From the NCBI RefSeq assembly GCF_009914755.1, contig NC_060930.1: 64,000 bases of DNA; one strand, 5' to 3'. Made by a program: the position numbers and the translations under genes. The notes beneath the pieces are model-generated. The model made no database searches. It worked only from the letters and a program-made list of their open reading frames with translations, and was not told the DNA's origin. This stretch comes from the human T2T-CHM13v2.0 reference genome, Homo sapiens. Below are positions 13,119 through 29,256 of this stretch, piece by piece; positions within the stretch are counted from its first letter, which is position 1; each line of letters starts with the position of its first letter.

Positions 13119-13410
13119 GGCCGGGCACGGTGGCTCACGCCTCTAATCCCAGCACTTTGGGAGGCCAAGGCAGGTGGATCACAAGGTTGGGAATTCAAGA
13201 CCAGCCTGGCCAAGATGGTGAAACCCTGCCTCTACTAAAAATATAATAATTAGCCAGGTGTGGTGGTGGGCACCTGTAATCCCAGCCACCTGGGAGGCTG
13301 AGGCAGAGAATTGCTTGAATCCAGGAGGCGGAGGTTGCAGTGAGCCGAGATCACGCCACTGCACTCCAGCCTGGGTGACAGAGTGAGACTCCATCTCAAA
13401 AAAAAAAAAA
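13119..13410 (+). mobile_element. AluS
   Basis: Full dimer with A-tail; TSD AGAATGAACAAAG. Confidence 0.95.
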
Positions 13411-14023
13411 GAATGAACAAAGACTCCATCTCGGAGGTTAGGATGAGATTCCTCATGTTTACCTGCGGTTTTAGAAGCTAGTTAGCCCTTAGGAAGAGGG
13501 AGGGTGAACACAACCCATGTGCAATGAAGTCCATTTGAATTTGAAGCCAACTAAATGCTTAATGCCAAAGAATGTTGATGTGAGTGATCTAGAATAGATT
13601 TTATTACACGAGTCAGCAGTTCCTGTTGATAGGTACTCTGGAAGATGTGACTCTCTCAGACCACTGAGTGTCATTCAGTAAATCACTGATCTGGGCAAAG
13701 AATGAGAAAACCTGTTTCACTCAAGCGTCAGCCTGGAGCTCTTGCATTCATGGGGTAACTAACAGCTCAGGAACTGAAGGCAGGAGTGCAAGTAACTGAG
13801 TAAGTAGAACCCCACGAGCATCAGCATCTTGTTGCAGCCCCCAGAATGCCAGCCTCACACCTGATAAGTCAGGAACTCACATGAGAGGATCTGGACAGTT
13901 CTTCATCATTCAGCGAATGCTGCAGATTCCTGATAATTAATACCTAAGTGGCTTTTGAAGAGACTCACATGGTACAGTGCTGAGAATGCAGCAAGCAGCA
14001 AAGCCACCGTGGATGCTCTAGGC

Positions 14024-14246
14024 CAGTGGCTCCTAATCTGGGATGATTTTTGTCCCCCTGTCCCCCAGAGGACATTTGGCAATGTCTGAAGATTGTTTTG
14101 GCTGTCACAGTTGGAGGAAGTGCTGCTGGCATCTGGTGGGCAGAGGCCAGGGGTACTGCTAAGTGTACTACAATGCACAGGACAACCCTCAAAGCAATGA
14201 ATTATCTGGCCCAAAATGTCAGTCATGCCTGTGTCGAAAAAGCCTG
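14024..14246 (+). mobile_element. MER20 (hAT-Charlie MITE)
   Basis: cagtgg...ggacatttggcaatgtctg...ctggcatctggtgggcagaggccaggg...ggcccaaaatgtca; NTCTAGAN-like flanks. Confidence 0.85.
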
Positions 14247-15439
14247 GTCTAGAGCAACATTTAACCAAACTGTGATATCTGCATCATTGGTGGTACAGAA
14301 AATGAGTTTAGGACAACCTTTTATTAGTTTTAATATTTTATTGAATATTGTATGTACTTATGCATATATCAATATTGAAAATATATGTATTACAAATATA
14401 AAAATATATCTTAACATGTTATAAACCTATATGATTTACATACAAAACCTGTTATTACAAAGATATCATTTGCTTAGGATGAGGTTACAATAGTCTTTAA
14501 ATTTTTAAAAAATACCGTACTGACTTAAAAAATTACAAAGTAAATAATAGTGTAAATGGACTTCAAAGATGCCATACACAAAAAAGATTAAGGAGGTGGG
14601 AGTATAATCAAGGTTTAGAAAACACTGGTTCAGATCAGGGCACAGAAAATTTTTTCTTTAAGGAACCAGATAGATAGTAAATATTTTCAGCTCTATTGCA
14701 ACTACTCCACTCTTCTATTTTGGTGCAAAAGCAGCCAAGGTGAATCGGTGAATAGATGGGTCTCCTGAACGCCCTGAGTATTAAACTCAGTGCCCCAGGA
14801 GTGGCCTGGTCATGGCAGGGTAGAATACTATTACCTACCCTAGTTAGTAGGACTTAAAATAGTTATAAATAATGATGCCCATTTTTTACACACGTTGTTG
14901 ACAAGGTATGATATTTCCTCCATCTTGCCTGGGTACATTTAGTCAGGTGTGTGTTTTATCAAAGGACACATCTCATAAGTATCACAGTTCAACTTTTGCA
15001 TGCAGAATTTGTAATACAGTAGGTTCAAATTTCAGGCCCTTCCTTTACCAACTGTGTCCTTGTGGGCCTATTCATTACCCTTTCAGAGCTTCAATTTCCT
15101 GCTTCATAAAATGGGGAGAACAGCACTTGTCCCATACGGTTGCTGGAAAGGTGAAATGCAACACTGTGTGTGAAAATTACACATTTAGTAAATGTTCTCT
15201 CTATTCACTCTCCCTTCTTTCCTTCTCTCCTTCAACTCTTTCAGTTATTCATTGAGGATGCCCTTTTTGTCATTGCCATTGATAAAGATGCTAACCAAGT
15301 CCAGAGCACCACATCCCTGCAGCACACCACTAGATGCCTCCCTGAAAATTAAAAAAAATCCCTTAGTTAATGCCTTTTGAACATGTTTTGCTGACTGCTT
15401 ACAAATATATCTAAATGTCAGTCATTCCAGCCCATATTT

Positions 15440-15870
15440 ATTTCATTCGGCTAAAGCAATAGACAATTACTGAGCATCTACTTTGTGTCAGGCACGATAC
15501 TAGGCACTAAGCATAGTAATAGGAACCAGATACAAACAGAAGATGTGGCTTCTGCCCGACAAGGAGCCTACAGCCTTGGGTGGTGAAGAGAAGATAGTAA
15601 GCAAACAGATGATCATGGTTTTCACCCTTGAGGACTCTCTCCCATAAACACAGGCAAGGCACTGACTGAGACAAGTATTGAGAGAGAAATAGGAATGAAT
15701 GAGGTGAAGATGGTTTGGGAACACATTCCAGGCCAAGAGCATTGAATGCATAGTTGCAGGTGATCAAGGGGTCAGTTGTTTGGAGACAGAAGTAAAGAAG
15801 TGGGAATGAGTCTGGGTTAATAATTTGGGCCAAATTATGTAGGGTGTGGCAGGCACGTGACATTATGTTT
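15440..15870 (-). mobile_element. L2 3' fragment
   Basis: ttactgagcatctactttgtgtcaggcac...ctaggcact. Confidence 0.6.
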
Positions 15871-18101
15871 AAGCTACTGTTTGCAGGCTAATGGTTTTCA
15901 CCTTCCTTTCGGAATGAGAGCCTGTATTTAGAGCAGATGTAGGTAATAACTATATTATAAAAAAAACTCGTGCTACAGTGACTGATGTTCTGCTGGGTGT
16001 CTGTCAGCAGCAGGGCACAGGCCACGTGTCATAAGATGCTGCATTTGAGTTGATTTGGTTCTTTGCCTCAAATAGTACAGTTCATGATGCGTTAACTGAA
16101 TTTTCATTTGCATCACTCCTAGAGCAGTAGTTTTGTAGACTTGAGAGGCATTCAAAGTTCTCATGGGTGAGGCTCTTAGATCCGAGTTTTAGAAAGCCGC
16201 TCCGACAACTCTGGAGACTGGACTGAAACTGAGCCTGCTGTGAAACCACTTGGAAGGCCATGTCTGTCAATAACCAGTGAGGGTCTCATCTGAGGCCGTG
16301 TCAACAGGCGACTTCACATGCACCAGCCCTACAATTTGGCCAATGTCAAGAAGAGAGTAAGTGGCAAAACGTGGACTCAGATCTGTCTGGACTCCCCAAA
16401 CTGAGGCCACATATTAACCTTCCCAGCCTCCTTTTCAGCTAACTTCTATACTCTCCTTTCTTTTCTTGCTCTCCTGTGGTTCTCCATAGTTACAAAAGGG
16501 GTGGATTTATCGGGGCATTTGTCTTCTTCTCAGGACTCTTCCTGATGCATAGTTGGCATTCAGTGGATATTTATTAATAGAATGTTTTACAATTCTTTTG
16601 GTGGATTCACCTAGCTTCATGGAAAACTACCTCCTTCAGTCTTAAGGAAAATTAGGCATTCAAGCACATGCTAGGGTTCACACATCAAGAAGATGACCTG
16701 ATTGGCCCCAGAAGTCTTTAGCTGTTTCTCTAGTGCCCCAACAGGCAGTCATTGGCCACCTGACCAATCCCTATTTGACAAACCCAGTAGCATGGTACCT
16801 GGTACCTTTCAAAGTAGCCAGCTGTCCTCCATTTAATCCCATCCTATGCAAGAAGGTCTCTCGCTGCCCATGTATCTTTGAAAGAGAGGAAACCACAGCC
16901 TCTTGTTGATTACACACTACCTATGAGGTGGAGTTTCTTATCTTCCTTTGCATTTTTCTCTCTTCTTTATCTTCTTGAATCAACTTGGAGCCTTCTACCT
17001 TAAGGAACTCATACTCTCTAGTTTCCAACTTTTTTCCTTAAAAGATTCTTCCCACCAAACAAGAATCTATTGACTGCTTTCATCCCCAGCTCCCGGCTGC
17101 CGTTATCCCCAGCTCTGTGCCTTTATAGGAACCATTGCTAATTAACCAAAAAGTGGAGAGAGGAAAAGACAGGATTCAGGCAAAACATGAGCCATGGAAT
17201 TACATTTTTTGGCCTCTTCCATCCTTACTTCCTATAATACCCAATGTGGAAATCCAAGCGCAGTTGGAATGGAGTGGCTGTCACTGATAAAAGGGCTGCT
17301 TTGCAGGGTGGGCACCAAGTCCCCAGCCCCACTTTCATCACCCTTCGCCACCCTGGAGGCCATCTATCGTGTACTTCACCCTCCTGCTCCCATTGTCATT
17401 TGTATTCAATTAGGTGGGAAATGGACCAACGTAAACCACTAATGTGATAAACCACTAATAAGATGCTGCATTTTGTAAATACGTGATTTAATCCTATTCA
17501 GTAGTTGGCTTTTTTTTAAGTTGATTTAGTTCATTGCCTTGAACATCATAGCTCATAATGTGTTAACTAGATTTTTCCATTTGTGTCACTGAAGAGTTCT
17601 GTGAAAAATACAAAGAGAAAAACAGCTCTTTGCAAACAATGGAAGGAAGGAAGTTAATTGAATTTACATTAGGCATAGCAATAATTTAAAGCGTAATTGA
17701 AAGTTTCAAAGGAGAGGCATGCATTCATATGTCATAAGTCAGATTTCTTTTGGATAAAATATTCAAATGTAGGACTTACTGATATATAATATAACCTCAT
17801 GCTCCATTTCCTTAGGCATGTCAAACACTTTTGGATGGTAAAATGCATTGAGTTTCCTGTATTTAGAAATTCCTTAAATGAAAGATATAAATTCCACTTC
17901 CAGTTAATCTGAAAAAGAATTACAAAATTTAACTATGGTTTCTGGCTTCATATTCTATGATTCTTACTAGATTTCATGCAAAGCCTGTCATAAAAAAGGG
18001 TTCTAAGTTACTACATAATCCTCAGCTAGAGGATTAAGAAAATAATTATTTTATTTTTGATGACACGCATGTAGTAACTTTCGAACAACAAACTTGTATA
18101 G

Positions 18102-18397
<296 letters not shown>

Positions 18398-18764
18398 AGT
18401 ATAGCTTTTTTAGTTAACAAAGATATTTGATCCAAGTTGGTTCAACTTAAGAGGTAGAACCAAAAACATCATCCTCGATGCCTCTTAGAAAACTGACCTG
18501 CAAAATATCCAGACTGGCATTACCTGTGGCTCCCTGTGGGAGAGAACTTTCTCTAGGTCATCGCTAACAATGTCATGCATGGGTCTCCAGCCTTGTGTCC
18601 ATCCCGCTCTTCCCTTTCTCAGCATCTCCAGCCACAGCATTTCAGTCTTTCACACACTCAGTCCCTATTAGTCGCCCTGTGTAGCTTTAGAAAACTAGAA
18701 CCTCAATTATTATCTTTCTCTCCTGAATCTGTAGCTTCACTATCAAATTAATCCTTTACCCTTG

Positions 18765-18890
18765 CTTTTAATTTTTTTTAATTATGGTAAATACAGATAA
18801 CATAAAATTTGCCATCTTAACCATTCTAAAGCATACAGTTCAATGGCATTAAGTACGTTCACATCATTGTGCAACCATCACACCACCCAC
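18765..18890 (-). mobile_element. L1M 3' end fragment
   Basis: cataaaatttgccatcttaaccatt...tacagttcaatggcattaagtacgttcacatcattgtgcaaccatca. Confidence 0.75.
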
Positions 18891-18922
18891 GAGGAGCCGG
18901 ATTTATTATTTCCTATCCCACG

Positions 18923-19024
18923 CCACTATTCCCATCAGGAAACCATGCCATCTTAACCACTATTCCCATCAGGAAACCGTGCCATCTTAGCCACTATTCC
19001 CATCAGGACACCGTGCCGTCTTAA
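18923..19024. repeat. Minisatellite, 3 x 34 bp (CCACTATTCCCATCAGGAAACCRTGCCATCTTAR)
   Basis: Units at 18923, 18957 and 18991; a few mismatches between units. Confidence 0.95.
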
Positions 19025-19131
19025 AGTGATTCCCTGTAAGATGAGCAATGGAACTTTACTTGCCCAGTAGACCCTTTGTCTCTTAGGACTGGGCAACTGA
19101 GTTTTAAAATGGTTTTGATGCATTTATATAG

Positions 19132-19683
<552 letters not shown>

Positions 19684-20515
19684 TAAGTGGCTTCTTTGTT
19701 GCTTCTCTTAGGATGCAACTTCTCCCCCACCCAAAAAAAACTTTAAGAAGTTTAAAACTCTGTCCCTGTCTAGCAAACACTCAAATACTACTCACTGTGT
19801 ATGCAACAAATTCACTTTTTAAGCATACCTCAGCAACTTTAGAAGGCCTCAATTTAAATTTCTTATTTATGACCTTTAAATGTGCTAAGAGACAAGATAA
19901 GAAATGAAGAAAGCAAAGTTCAAAACCTATCACTCTGGCCATGAACAGTAAATAAATTTTAGTTACGTGAGTACAGCCTGATATTTGGCCAACTTTTTAA
20001 TAAATGAACTTATGAGAATAGCAACCATGCATTGAACATGTACTGTGTGCCTGACAATGGGCTACGGTTTTAATCTCTCACCTACATCTCACAACAACCC
20101 TGAGGCATGGACACTATTGCCTCATTTTACAGATAAGGGCAGAAAATGGAGAGACAAGGCGCTGGCCCAGGGCCTCACGTCTGCTAAGGGGCAACGCTGG
20201 GGTTTGATGCGGGCTCTGTCACATTCTGAAGCTCATGTTCTAAAACTAGTGGAGGAAGAAAGAAGAAAAGCACTACTCAATCAAGCCCAAAGCCATCCTC
20301 AGACTTGTTGCCTGCTGGCGTTTTCTCTCGCTCTCTACTTACCAGGCTTCAAATAGCTGGCTCCAAGTAAGACCTGGTGAGCTATGAAGGGATCCAAGTG
20401 ATGTCAAGGAAAGAACCACACAGGGCAGCCAGAGACCTCAATGATCCATGAATGGAAGGAGCAGCTGCTCAGCCCCTGTTTGCTGTTCAGTATCCAGAGA
20501 ATTAAATGTTTTATA

Positions 20516-20740
20516 CAGAGGTTTCTCAACCTCAGCACTCCCGGCATTTGGGACCAGATAATTCTTTGGTGTGGGGCCGTCCTGTACACTGTGGGATGTT
20601 TACAGGCATCCCTGGCCTCTGTCCGCTAGATGCCAGTAGCACCCTCTGCCTGCCACCTTAGTTTTGACAACCAAAAAATGCCTTGGGATTTTGCCAGGTG
20701 TTCCCTGGGGAGCAAAATCACCACTGGTTGAGAACCACTG
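20516..20740 (-). mobile_element. MER20
   Basis: gtttctcaacctcagcact...gataattctttg...ctagatgccagtagcacc...ggttgagaaccactg. Confidence 0.9.
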
Positions 20741-21368
20741 ATTTATATCAGATGTAGGGAAGCCCTGCCTCAGCTGCTCAGAAATGCTGGGGTTGAAAAG
20801 AAAAAACCCATCCCAGGATATTGCGTGTTTCAAAGCCCTCACCTCCACTCCCACCCCCAACCAGCCCCACTTTGTCCGCCTACCTTTTTTCTCCTTCACG
20901 TCCCCCCAGCTCCAGTGTAGTTGATCTTTTCTGTCTCTTGAGATTTCCTGGTGTAGCCTTCACCGCTGAACTTCTGCAGACACAGATCCCCGCCCACCTG
21001 CTGCCTGTTGGACTCTCATCTCTGCTTCAGGTGTCAGCCCCTCCTCCTCGTGAAACTTCCCCTAGTTGCTAAAAGCCTCTGTCCTATCTCCCCCTTTGCA
21101 GTCCACTGCACCCCACAGCCAGTCCTGCCCTCCTTTGTGATGTTGCCTGCGTGCTAGACATTCCTGGAGAGCAGAGACCCAATCACAGGTTCCCCATGTG
21201 CTGTCCATGTGCCCCACACAGTGCTAGGGGTAGAGTGTGTGGCAATGGCAGGAACTCTAGGAACTGAGGCATTAACCACTTTCAGGTGTTAAAACCTTGA
21301 TGACTTCCTTCCTGCCTTGTATCTTATGACCCAGGGTTGGCCCTGTGGGAGCCCAGGCAGATATGTAA

Positions 21369-21557
<189 letters not shown>

Positions 21558-21632
21558 TAGGACAGCGGCACCCTCTGCCTCCCTGGCAGTGGGCCTTTAG
21601 CTCTCCAGGTTCTAGCAAAAGAATTCAGTCTC

Positions 21633-22355
<723 letters not shown>

Positions 22356-22356
<1 letters not shown>

Positions 22357-22741
22357 GAGAGAGAGAGAGAGAGAGAGAAGGAAAGAAAGAAAGAGAGAGA
22401 GAGAGAAAGGAAGGAAGGAAGGAAGGAAGGAAGGAAGGAAGGAAGGAAGGAAGGAAGGGAAAAGAAAGAAGGAAAGAGAGAAAGAAAGAAGGAAAGAGAA
22501 AGAAAGAAGGAAAGAGAAAGAAAGAAGGAAAGAGAAAGAGCGAAAGAGGAGGAGGGAGGGAGGGAGGAAGGAAAGAAGGAAGGAAGGAAGGGAAAAGAAA
22601 GAAGGAAAGAGAGAAAGAAAGAAGGAAAGAGAAAGAAAGAAGGAAAGAGAAAGAAGGAAAGAGAAAGAGAGAGCGAAAGAGAAGGAGGGAGGGAGGAAGG
22701 AAAGAAGGAAGGAAGGAAGGAAAGAAGGAAGGAAGGAAGAA
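22356..22741 (+). repeat. ~385-bp GA-rich polypurine tract ((GA)n, (GGAA)n, (GAAA)n)
   Basis: Directly visible. Confidence 0.97.
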
Positions 22742-24676
22742 CAGCCTCCATCATGTAATAGAATTGAGGACCTATGGAGAGATAAGGTGTGGTTTGATTA
22801 AGCACAAAGCAATCAGACAAACACACTCTCTGATATACGGTTAAGTGGTTGGTAGTGATGCTTCATTACTCCACTGGGACTCATTTTGAGTGATTGCCCT
22901 TTATGTATGGATATTACAGACATGGGCATAGCTTTATGTTATATTAAGATATTAACCACCCATGTATGTATTTGTAATCAAGGGCATGTTTATGTGACAT
23001 TAGGTAACCTTTGTTGAGTACTTACTATTTGCCACCATTCTCTAAACATTTTATATGTATTACATTGTTTGTCTTTGAGCCTGTCTATAAGATACACCAT
23101 TTGTATACCCATTTTACAGATGAGAATACCAGGCATAGAGAACTTTGGTTACTTTGCATAATGTCACACAGCACAGCTCTGGAATTCTCTCTCTTGAGCC
23201 CTTACTTTGTACCAGACACTGTTGTGAGTGCCTGGACATAATGTGTGGAAGTCTACCAGGGCTTAATTCTGATTCTCCCTCTTACTAGGTGTATAGCCTT
23301 AAGTAAGTCACTTATTCTCCTTACCTGTGTTTCTGCATATGTAAAAGAGTGAGTTGTGAAAATTAAGCAAGTTAATAGAAGTATTTAAAACAGTATCTGG
23401 CCCATAGCAAGCAATCAGTTACCTGTTTTCACCATCACCTTTGCATTGTACAAGTGAGAAAGGTGGTGCCTAGAGGTTATGTAGACATAGGCATCATCCA
23501 ACAGTATGCCAGTATTCTTCCCTCCCACCTGATTTATTTTGCTACCTAAGAGCAGCTTCTTTTTCAAAATTAACTTGGTTTCCTCTTGGAGGATATTGTA
23601 ATGGTACAGGGCTTTGTAAAATGGTCAACACTGATGGATGATTGGACGTAGTGTTATGCAGTCTTTAGAGTCATAGAATGAAAACATCTAACCACCTGCC
23701 ACACACACATACATACTTTCTGTCATTGACTGAAGTAACATGGCCTTCTCTTTTAATACCTCAGTGATAGTTACAGCTCTCTAGAGAGCCTGTCCCATTG
23801 TTGGAGAGCCTTATTCTTAGACATTCTTCCAATATTGAACTGAAATCTGTCCATGCCACTCCCACCCATTGGTCTTATTCTGTGTTTTCTGCACCCTCAT
23901 CCCCCATAACATGGCATGCTGTAGCATACTTGAAGACAATGATCCTGGCTTCCCCAATCTCTCTCAGGTTACATAGAACGAGATCTCAGTTCTGAGGGTG
24001 GTTGGGGTGGGTGGGTGTGGTTCTGGGCTACTCCTGACCCAGCTTGTTCAAGTTTACACATTATCCTCTAGGGAATCAGAAAAAAGAGAAGGAGCAGATC
24101 TTTTATTATAGCTCCTTCCCCTCACTTCCCATTCCTCCAGCTCTGCTACAGTACAAGGAGAGCCCCAGGTATGTGAGGGGCAAATGAAGATTTATCTGCA
24201 GATGGGAGTGAGATGCCAGAGCATCTGGCTGCCCCAGTGACCTCTTCTGTGCCAAGTGTGAGAGAGAGATGGGAAGCATAGGAAGTCGGCCTGTGAGGCT
24301 GGCCACCTGCTTGTTCACTGTGGGGTCCTTGCACCTGGTTTAGACTAACACAGTAAAAAAGGGCACCATTGCCCCAGAGCATACTCCTAAAAAGGGAGAC
24401 AATCCCAGCCTCTCCTGCCTGAATACATATCCACAAGCCACCACCATGATTAGCTAGCAAAGGCAGTCACAAAACCCAGAGGTGGGAAGAGACATAAACC
24501 GTCCATGCCCTGAAAGAAGTTATCTGCATCTGAAATCTTATCCTGGTAAATCAGCCCTTTCCCAACTCTTCCCCTTATAAGGATGCTTAAATACTGCTTG
24601 GAATTTGTAACATCCACTGAAGGTTTACCATAGTATACATTGTTCCCAGCCCTCTTTCATTATGGTGGATGGCAGG

Positions 24677-25036
24677 TGTATTATTCAGTTTGCTGCTATG
24701 AAGAAATACCTGAGACTGGGTAATTTATAAAGAAAAGAGGTTTAATTGACTCACAGTTTCCCATGGCTGGAGAGGTCTCAGGAAACTTACAATCATGGCA
24801 GAAGGCACCTCTTCACAGGGTGGCTGGAGAGAGAATGAGTGCAAGCAGAGGAAATGCCAGATGCTTATAAAACCATCAGATCTCGTGAGACCTACTCATT
24901 ATCATGAGAACAGCATGAGGGAAACTGCCCCCATGATTCAGTTACCTCCACCTGGTCCTGCCCTTGACACATGGGGATTATGGGGATTAGAATTCAAGGT
25001 GAGATTTGGGTGGGGACACAGAACCAAACCTTACCA
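24677..25036 (-). mobile_element. THE1 solo LTR (THE1C-like)
   Basis: gagactgggtaatttataaagaaaagaggtttaattgactcacag...gaaggcacctcttcacagg; perfect 5-bp TSD GCAGG. Confidence 0.92.
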
Positions 25037-27615
25037 GCAGGAGAAGACACATCAACTAGGGACAGAAAGACAAAGTAGAGAAGGCAGCATATTCAAGCCA
25101 TTGAGATGGCCTGCATCCTTCCTCTGAATCCACTTTGTCCTTCACTCTTTCAACTAGGGAGTTTCTTTCTTTGTGGTAAGACCCTTGGAAGCTCTAGCCA
25201 GATTGCAGGGACTGTACCTAAAGGACAGACTGTCAGGCATGCCTAGCAAATTGGCAAAGTTGTACAGAGTTCAGCACATCAGGCAGATAGGCCATATCTA
25301 TACCTCAAGGTCATTTTTGAGGTAGCACAGCCATTAATGCAGACCCAAAGAGTTTTAGGGACTATTCCCTTTAGAACTGAGAGCTCAACTCTGTGCTTCT
25401 AGCCACCCATTCATCCTGAAGCCAGGGCAGAATGAAGGGGAAATCCAAGAACCAAAAAGTGACTGTGGTAGAGAGCGAGCTACTCTGGAGTAGAAGTTTG
25501 GGTTCTGGCTCTGATTCTTTCATTCCCTAGTCATTTGCCCTGAGGGCATTAGACTAGGTCATCTGATTACTGTGTGCAAAATATGTGCTTTATGATCACA
25601 AAAAGTAACTAAAAGAATGTAGACATGTGCTGTAGAGTTGGCATTTCTGAAGCTACAAGGCTGCAGCATTCTCTGGCTATTAATGTACTGGAAATCTTAG
25701 GCTCTTTGAAAAGCATGTGGCCAAGTCTGTGGTCCTCATGGAGTCAGCAAGATAGAAAACATAATTTTAGCCTGACAGTTCCAATAACATAAGAAAAAAA
25801 AAAAGACCACGATGTGTAGCATTCTAAGAATAATCCCAAATTGAGGGTGAGGAATGGGAAACAGAAACACCAAGTAAAATGATGTCAACTTCTGCAGAAC
25901 CTCCCAGCATTAAGGCAGAGTTTCTACATAAAAATGCCAAAATTACTGTGCTTCCAAAAATGTTCACTTGTTGAGGCTATTGGGCAGACTCTACTAAGTC
26001 TCAATAAGCAAGTCATCTGGATTTTTTAATAAATAACTATTTCAGTCCACTGCCATTGGAGACGTGTGGACTGCCCCAGAGACATGAACATTGGTCAACA
26101 GGGTTCACGTTGCTCCTCCTCCATATGTATACAGACTTTGAACTTCAGGATGGCACAGAGGACCAAGGGGTGGTGAATGATGCCATCCACTGGGGTGCCA
26201 GGCAAAAATTGTAGAGCTTCTATTTACATTCATTTCATATGATCCTTTTTAATATGGTTATTTGTGCCTGAATTGTAATGCGCATGGTGTATCACTGCAG
26301 TAGTACCTGTGTCTTATACATAAAGGAATGGTACCTATGGGGACATTTGCTTAGATTCGTATTGATGAAGTTCTCTTAGAATCCACTGGTTTGAGTGTCA
26401 CTTCTCAGTGCTACATGAGTAGCACTTTTCATCTCCAGTGGACACACAGAGACCTCAGGGCAATCCCTCACCCCACCTACCCCGCCCCATGCAAAACCAT
26501 TCTGCATTCTCTCTAGATCTCCTCTTGGGATTCTGCATCCTGAACTAGGAGGTGCCCTGACTATGGGATCTTAGCCATCAGATCTACTTCTAGTTCTGTT
26601 CATTTGCCAAGCTTTTTATTCCCACCAGAGTAATGTTCCCTCATGACTCCATTTTGTTTATTTGAAATATAATTGAACATACTACTCCAAAAAATCAGTA
26701 TTAAAAAATTAGACACAGAGCCATGCTTCTCAAAGTTCATAGTTAGGGTGCCCTGTCAGGGCGACCTCGTGATCTGCCAGAGACAGCATGCTCTGGCACT
26801 TCCTCACTTTCCAGCCTATGACACTGACAGGTTGGTGAAGTGAAACCCCCAGAAGTTGGAGCTTCAGATCACTAGGTATGGGGTGTTCTGGAACTAAAGA
26901 GTAACCTAATGCCTAACAAGTTGTGCTTTTGATTCTGAAACATCCTATAAAAAGTCAGTCATTCAGTAAGTTGATAGGGCTACTCATTTTTAAAGGAAGG
27001 GACTAAGACTCCAAAACATGACCTATTTGTGGTCAGACAACAGCCAGTCTACTTGGGACCTCACCTAGGGAACGGCTAGCTCTTCAGACCCAACAGAGGA
27101 TCGACTGGCCCAGTCCTCTCCAACTGAGGTCCTCTGTCCCCACCCATACCCTCTTTGTTGTTTGGACCAGATGAAAGAAAAAGCCTGCAAAAGAAAAATA
27201 AAATGGAAAGTGCCTCACCATATACACAGGAGTTTATCATCTAAAGTGAGCTCAGGAGTAAATGAGGATTGGGGCTGTCTACCTCCCTGACATACTCCTT
27301 CCCCTAAAATATCCCTTCACCCTTGAAATATCACCCTCCTACTCAGGAATGAACTATGGGCATTTTTTTTTTTTTGGCAGTCAGAGTTGACCAGAATTTT
27401 TTCATCACCTGAGCTGGAGCAGGGAGACTCCCCACTTCTAGTTGGATGCATCTCTATGTAGAAGCTCTTGGAAGCCTGGTCACTTGGTTTGGGAAAGAAT
27501 ATTTCTCCTTGTGATGTCCTTTTCCTAAGCTAGACATAGCCAATAATGCAGACCACTCACCTATGATTATTCCCAATGATCAAAGGAAGATACTGACTTT
27601 ATTTAAGCTACTTGG

Positions 27616-28081
27616 TGTATTCATTTGCTGGGGCTGCCATAACAGAGTCCCACAAATCAAGTGGCATACACAACAGAAATGCATTGTCTCGGAGTTTTAG
27701 AGGCTGGAAGTCTGAGATCCAGGTGTCAGCAGAGTTGGTTCCTTCTGAGGGCTGCGAGGGAGCATCTGTTCCAGGCGTCTCTCCCGGCCTCTCGTGTTTG
27801 CTGGGAATCTTTGGTCTTCCTTGGCTTGTGGATGCATCACATCAATCTCTGCCTTCGTCTCTGCATGATGCTCTCCCTCTGTGTGTATCTCTGTGTTCAG
27901 ATTTCCCCTTTCTATAAGGACACCAGTTATGCTGGATTAGGGCCCACTACCCCACCCTAAAGACCTCATTTTAACATGATTATCCCTGTAAAGACCCTGT
28001 CTCAATAAGGGGACATTCTGAGGTACTGGGATTAGGATTTCAACCTAGAAGTTTTAGGAAGACAGAATTCAATCCATAACC
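27616..28081 (-). mobile_element. MLT1C-like solo LTR
   Basis: gctgccataaca...ggttccttctgagggctg...tataaggacaccagt; perfect 5-bp TSD CTTGG. Confidence 0.9.
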
Positions 28082-28262
28082 CTTGGAGAAGTTTCAAGTG
28101 GGTTTACCTAGAGAAGGGACCATGACCCCAAATGCATGTGGGAAGAGACAGATATTGCACAGAAGTGAAGCAGACAGTGAGGAGATGAATAGGGAGTGTT
28201 AGGAACAGGGGCGAAATGAAAAGTCCACCCTTGCATCAAGAGGCCATCACTGTTCAGCTTCA

Positions 28263-28764
<502 letters not shown>

Positions 28765-28931
28765 CTATTTATAGTATATTCATGAAGTCTGTGTGCATGC
28801 ACTGCACATGCCGAGGAGACAATGAGACAGGAATAGTAGGTATGTTGTAAATGTAAATGTGAGCACGTGTATGTGTATATCAGTAGCAATTTAAAATTAG
28901 CATCTGTAGAATCCAAATTAGTTTGAATGTA

Positions 28932-29256
28932 CAGTCATACATTGCTTAACGATGGGATTACATTTTGAGAAATGTGTCAGGCAATTTTGTCATTGTGTGG
29001 CCATCATGAAGTGTACTCACACAAACCAAGATGGTAGAGTCTACTACACACTAGGCTAGATGGTAAAGCCTATTGCTCCTCAACTACAAACCTGTGTGGT
29101 ATGTTACAGTACTGAATACTGTGGCAATTGTAACACAATGGTATTTGTGCATGTAAACATAGAAAAGGTAGAATAAAAATACAGTATTATAATATTTTGG
29201 GACCACAGTCCCATATGCAGTCCGTTACCCAAAGGTTGTTATGAGGTGCATGACTT
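28932..29256 (+). mobile_element. Tigger3a-like (Tc1/mariner) non-autonomous element
   Basis: TA-flanked cagtcat...atgact terminal inverted repeats; cctattgctcct...ctacaaacctgt...tactgaatactgt. Confidence 0.85.

Noticed and set aside
18923-19024. 34-bp repeats as a CRISPR-like array
   Set aside because: Head-to-tail units with no spacers, in a eukaryotic intron with no cas genes; an ordinary minisatellite.
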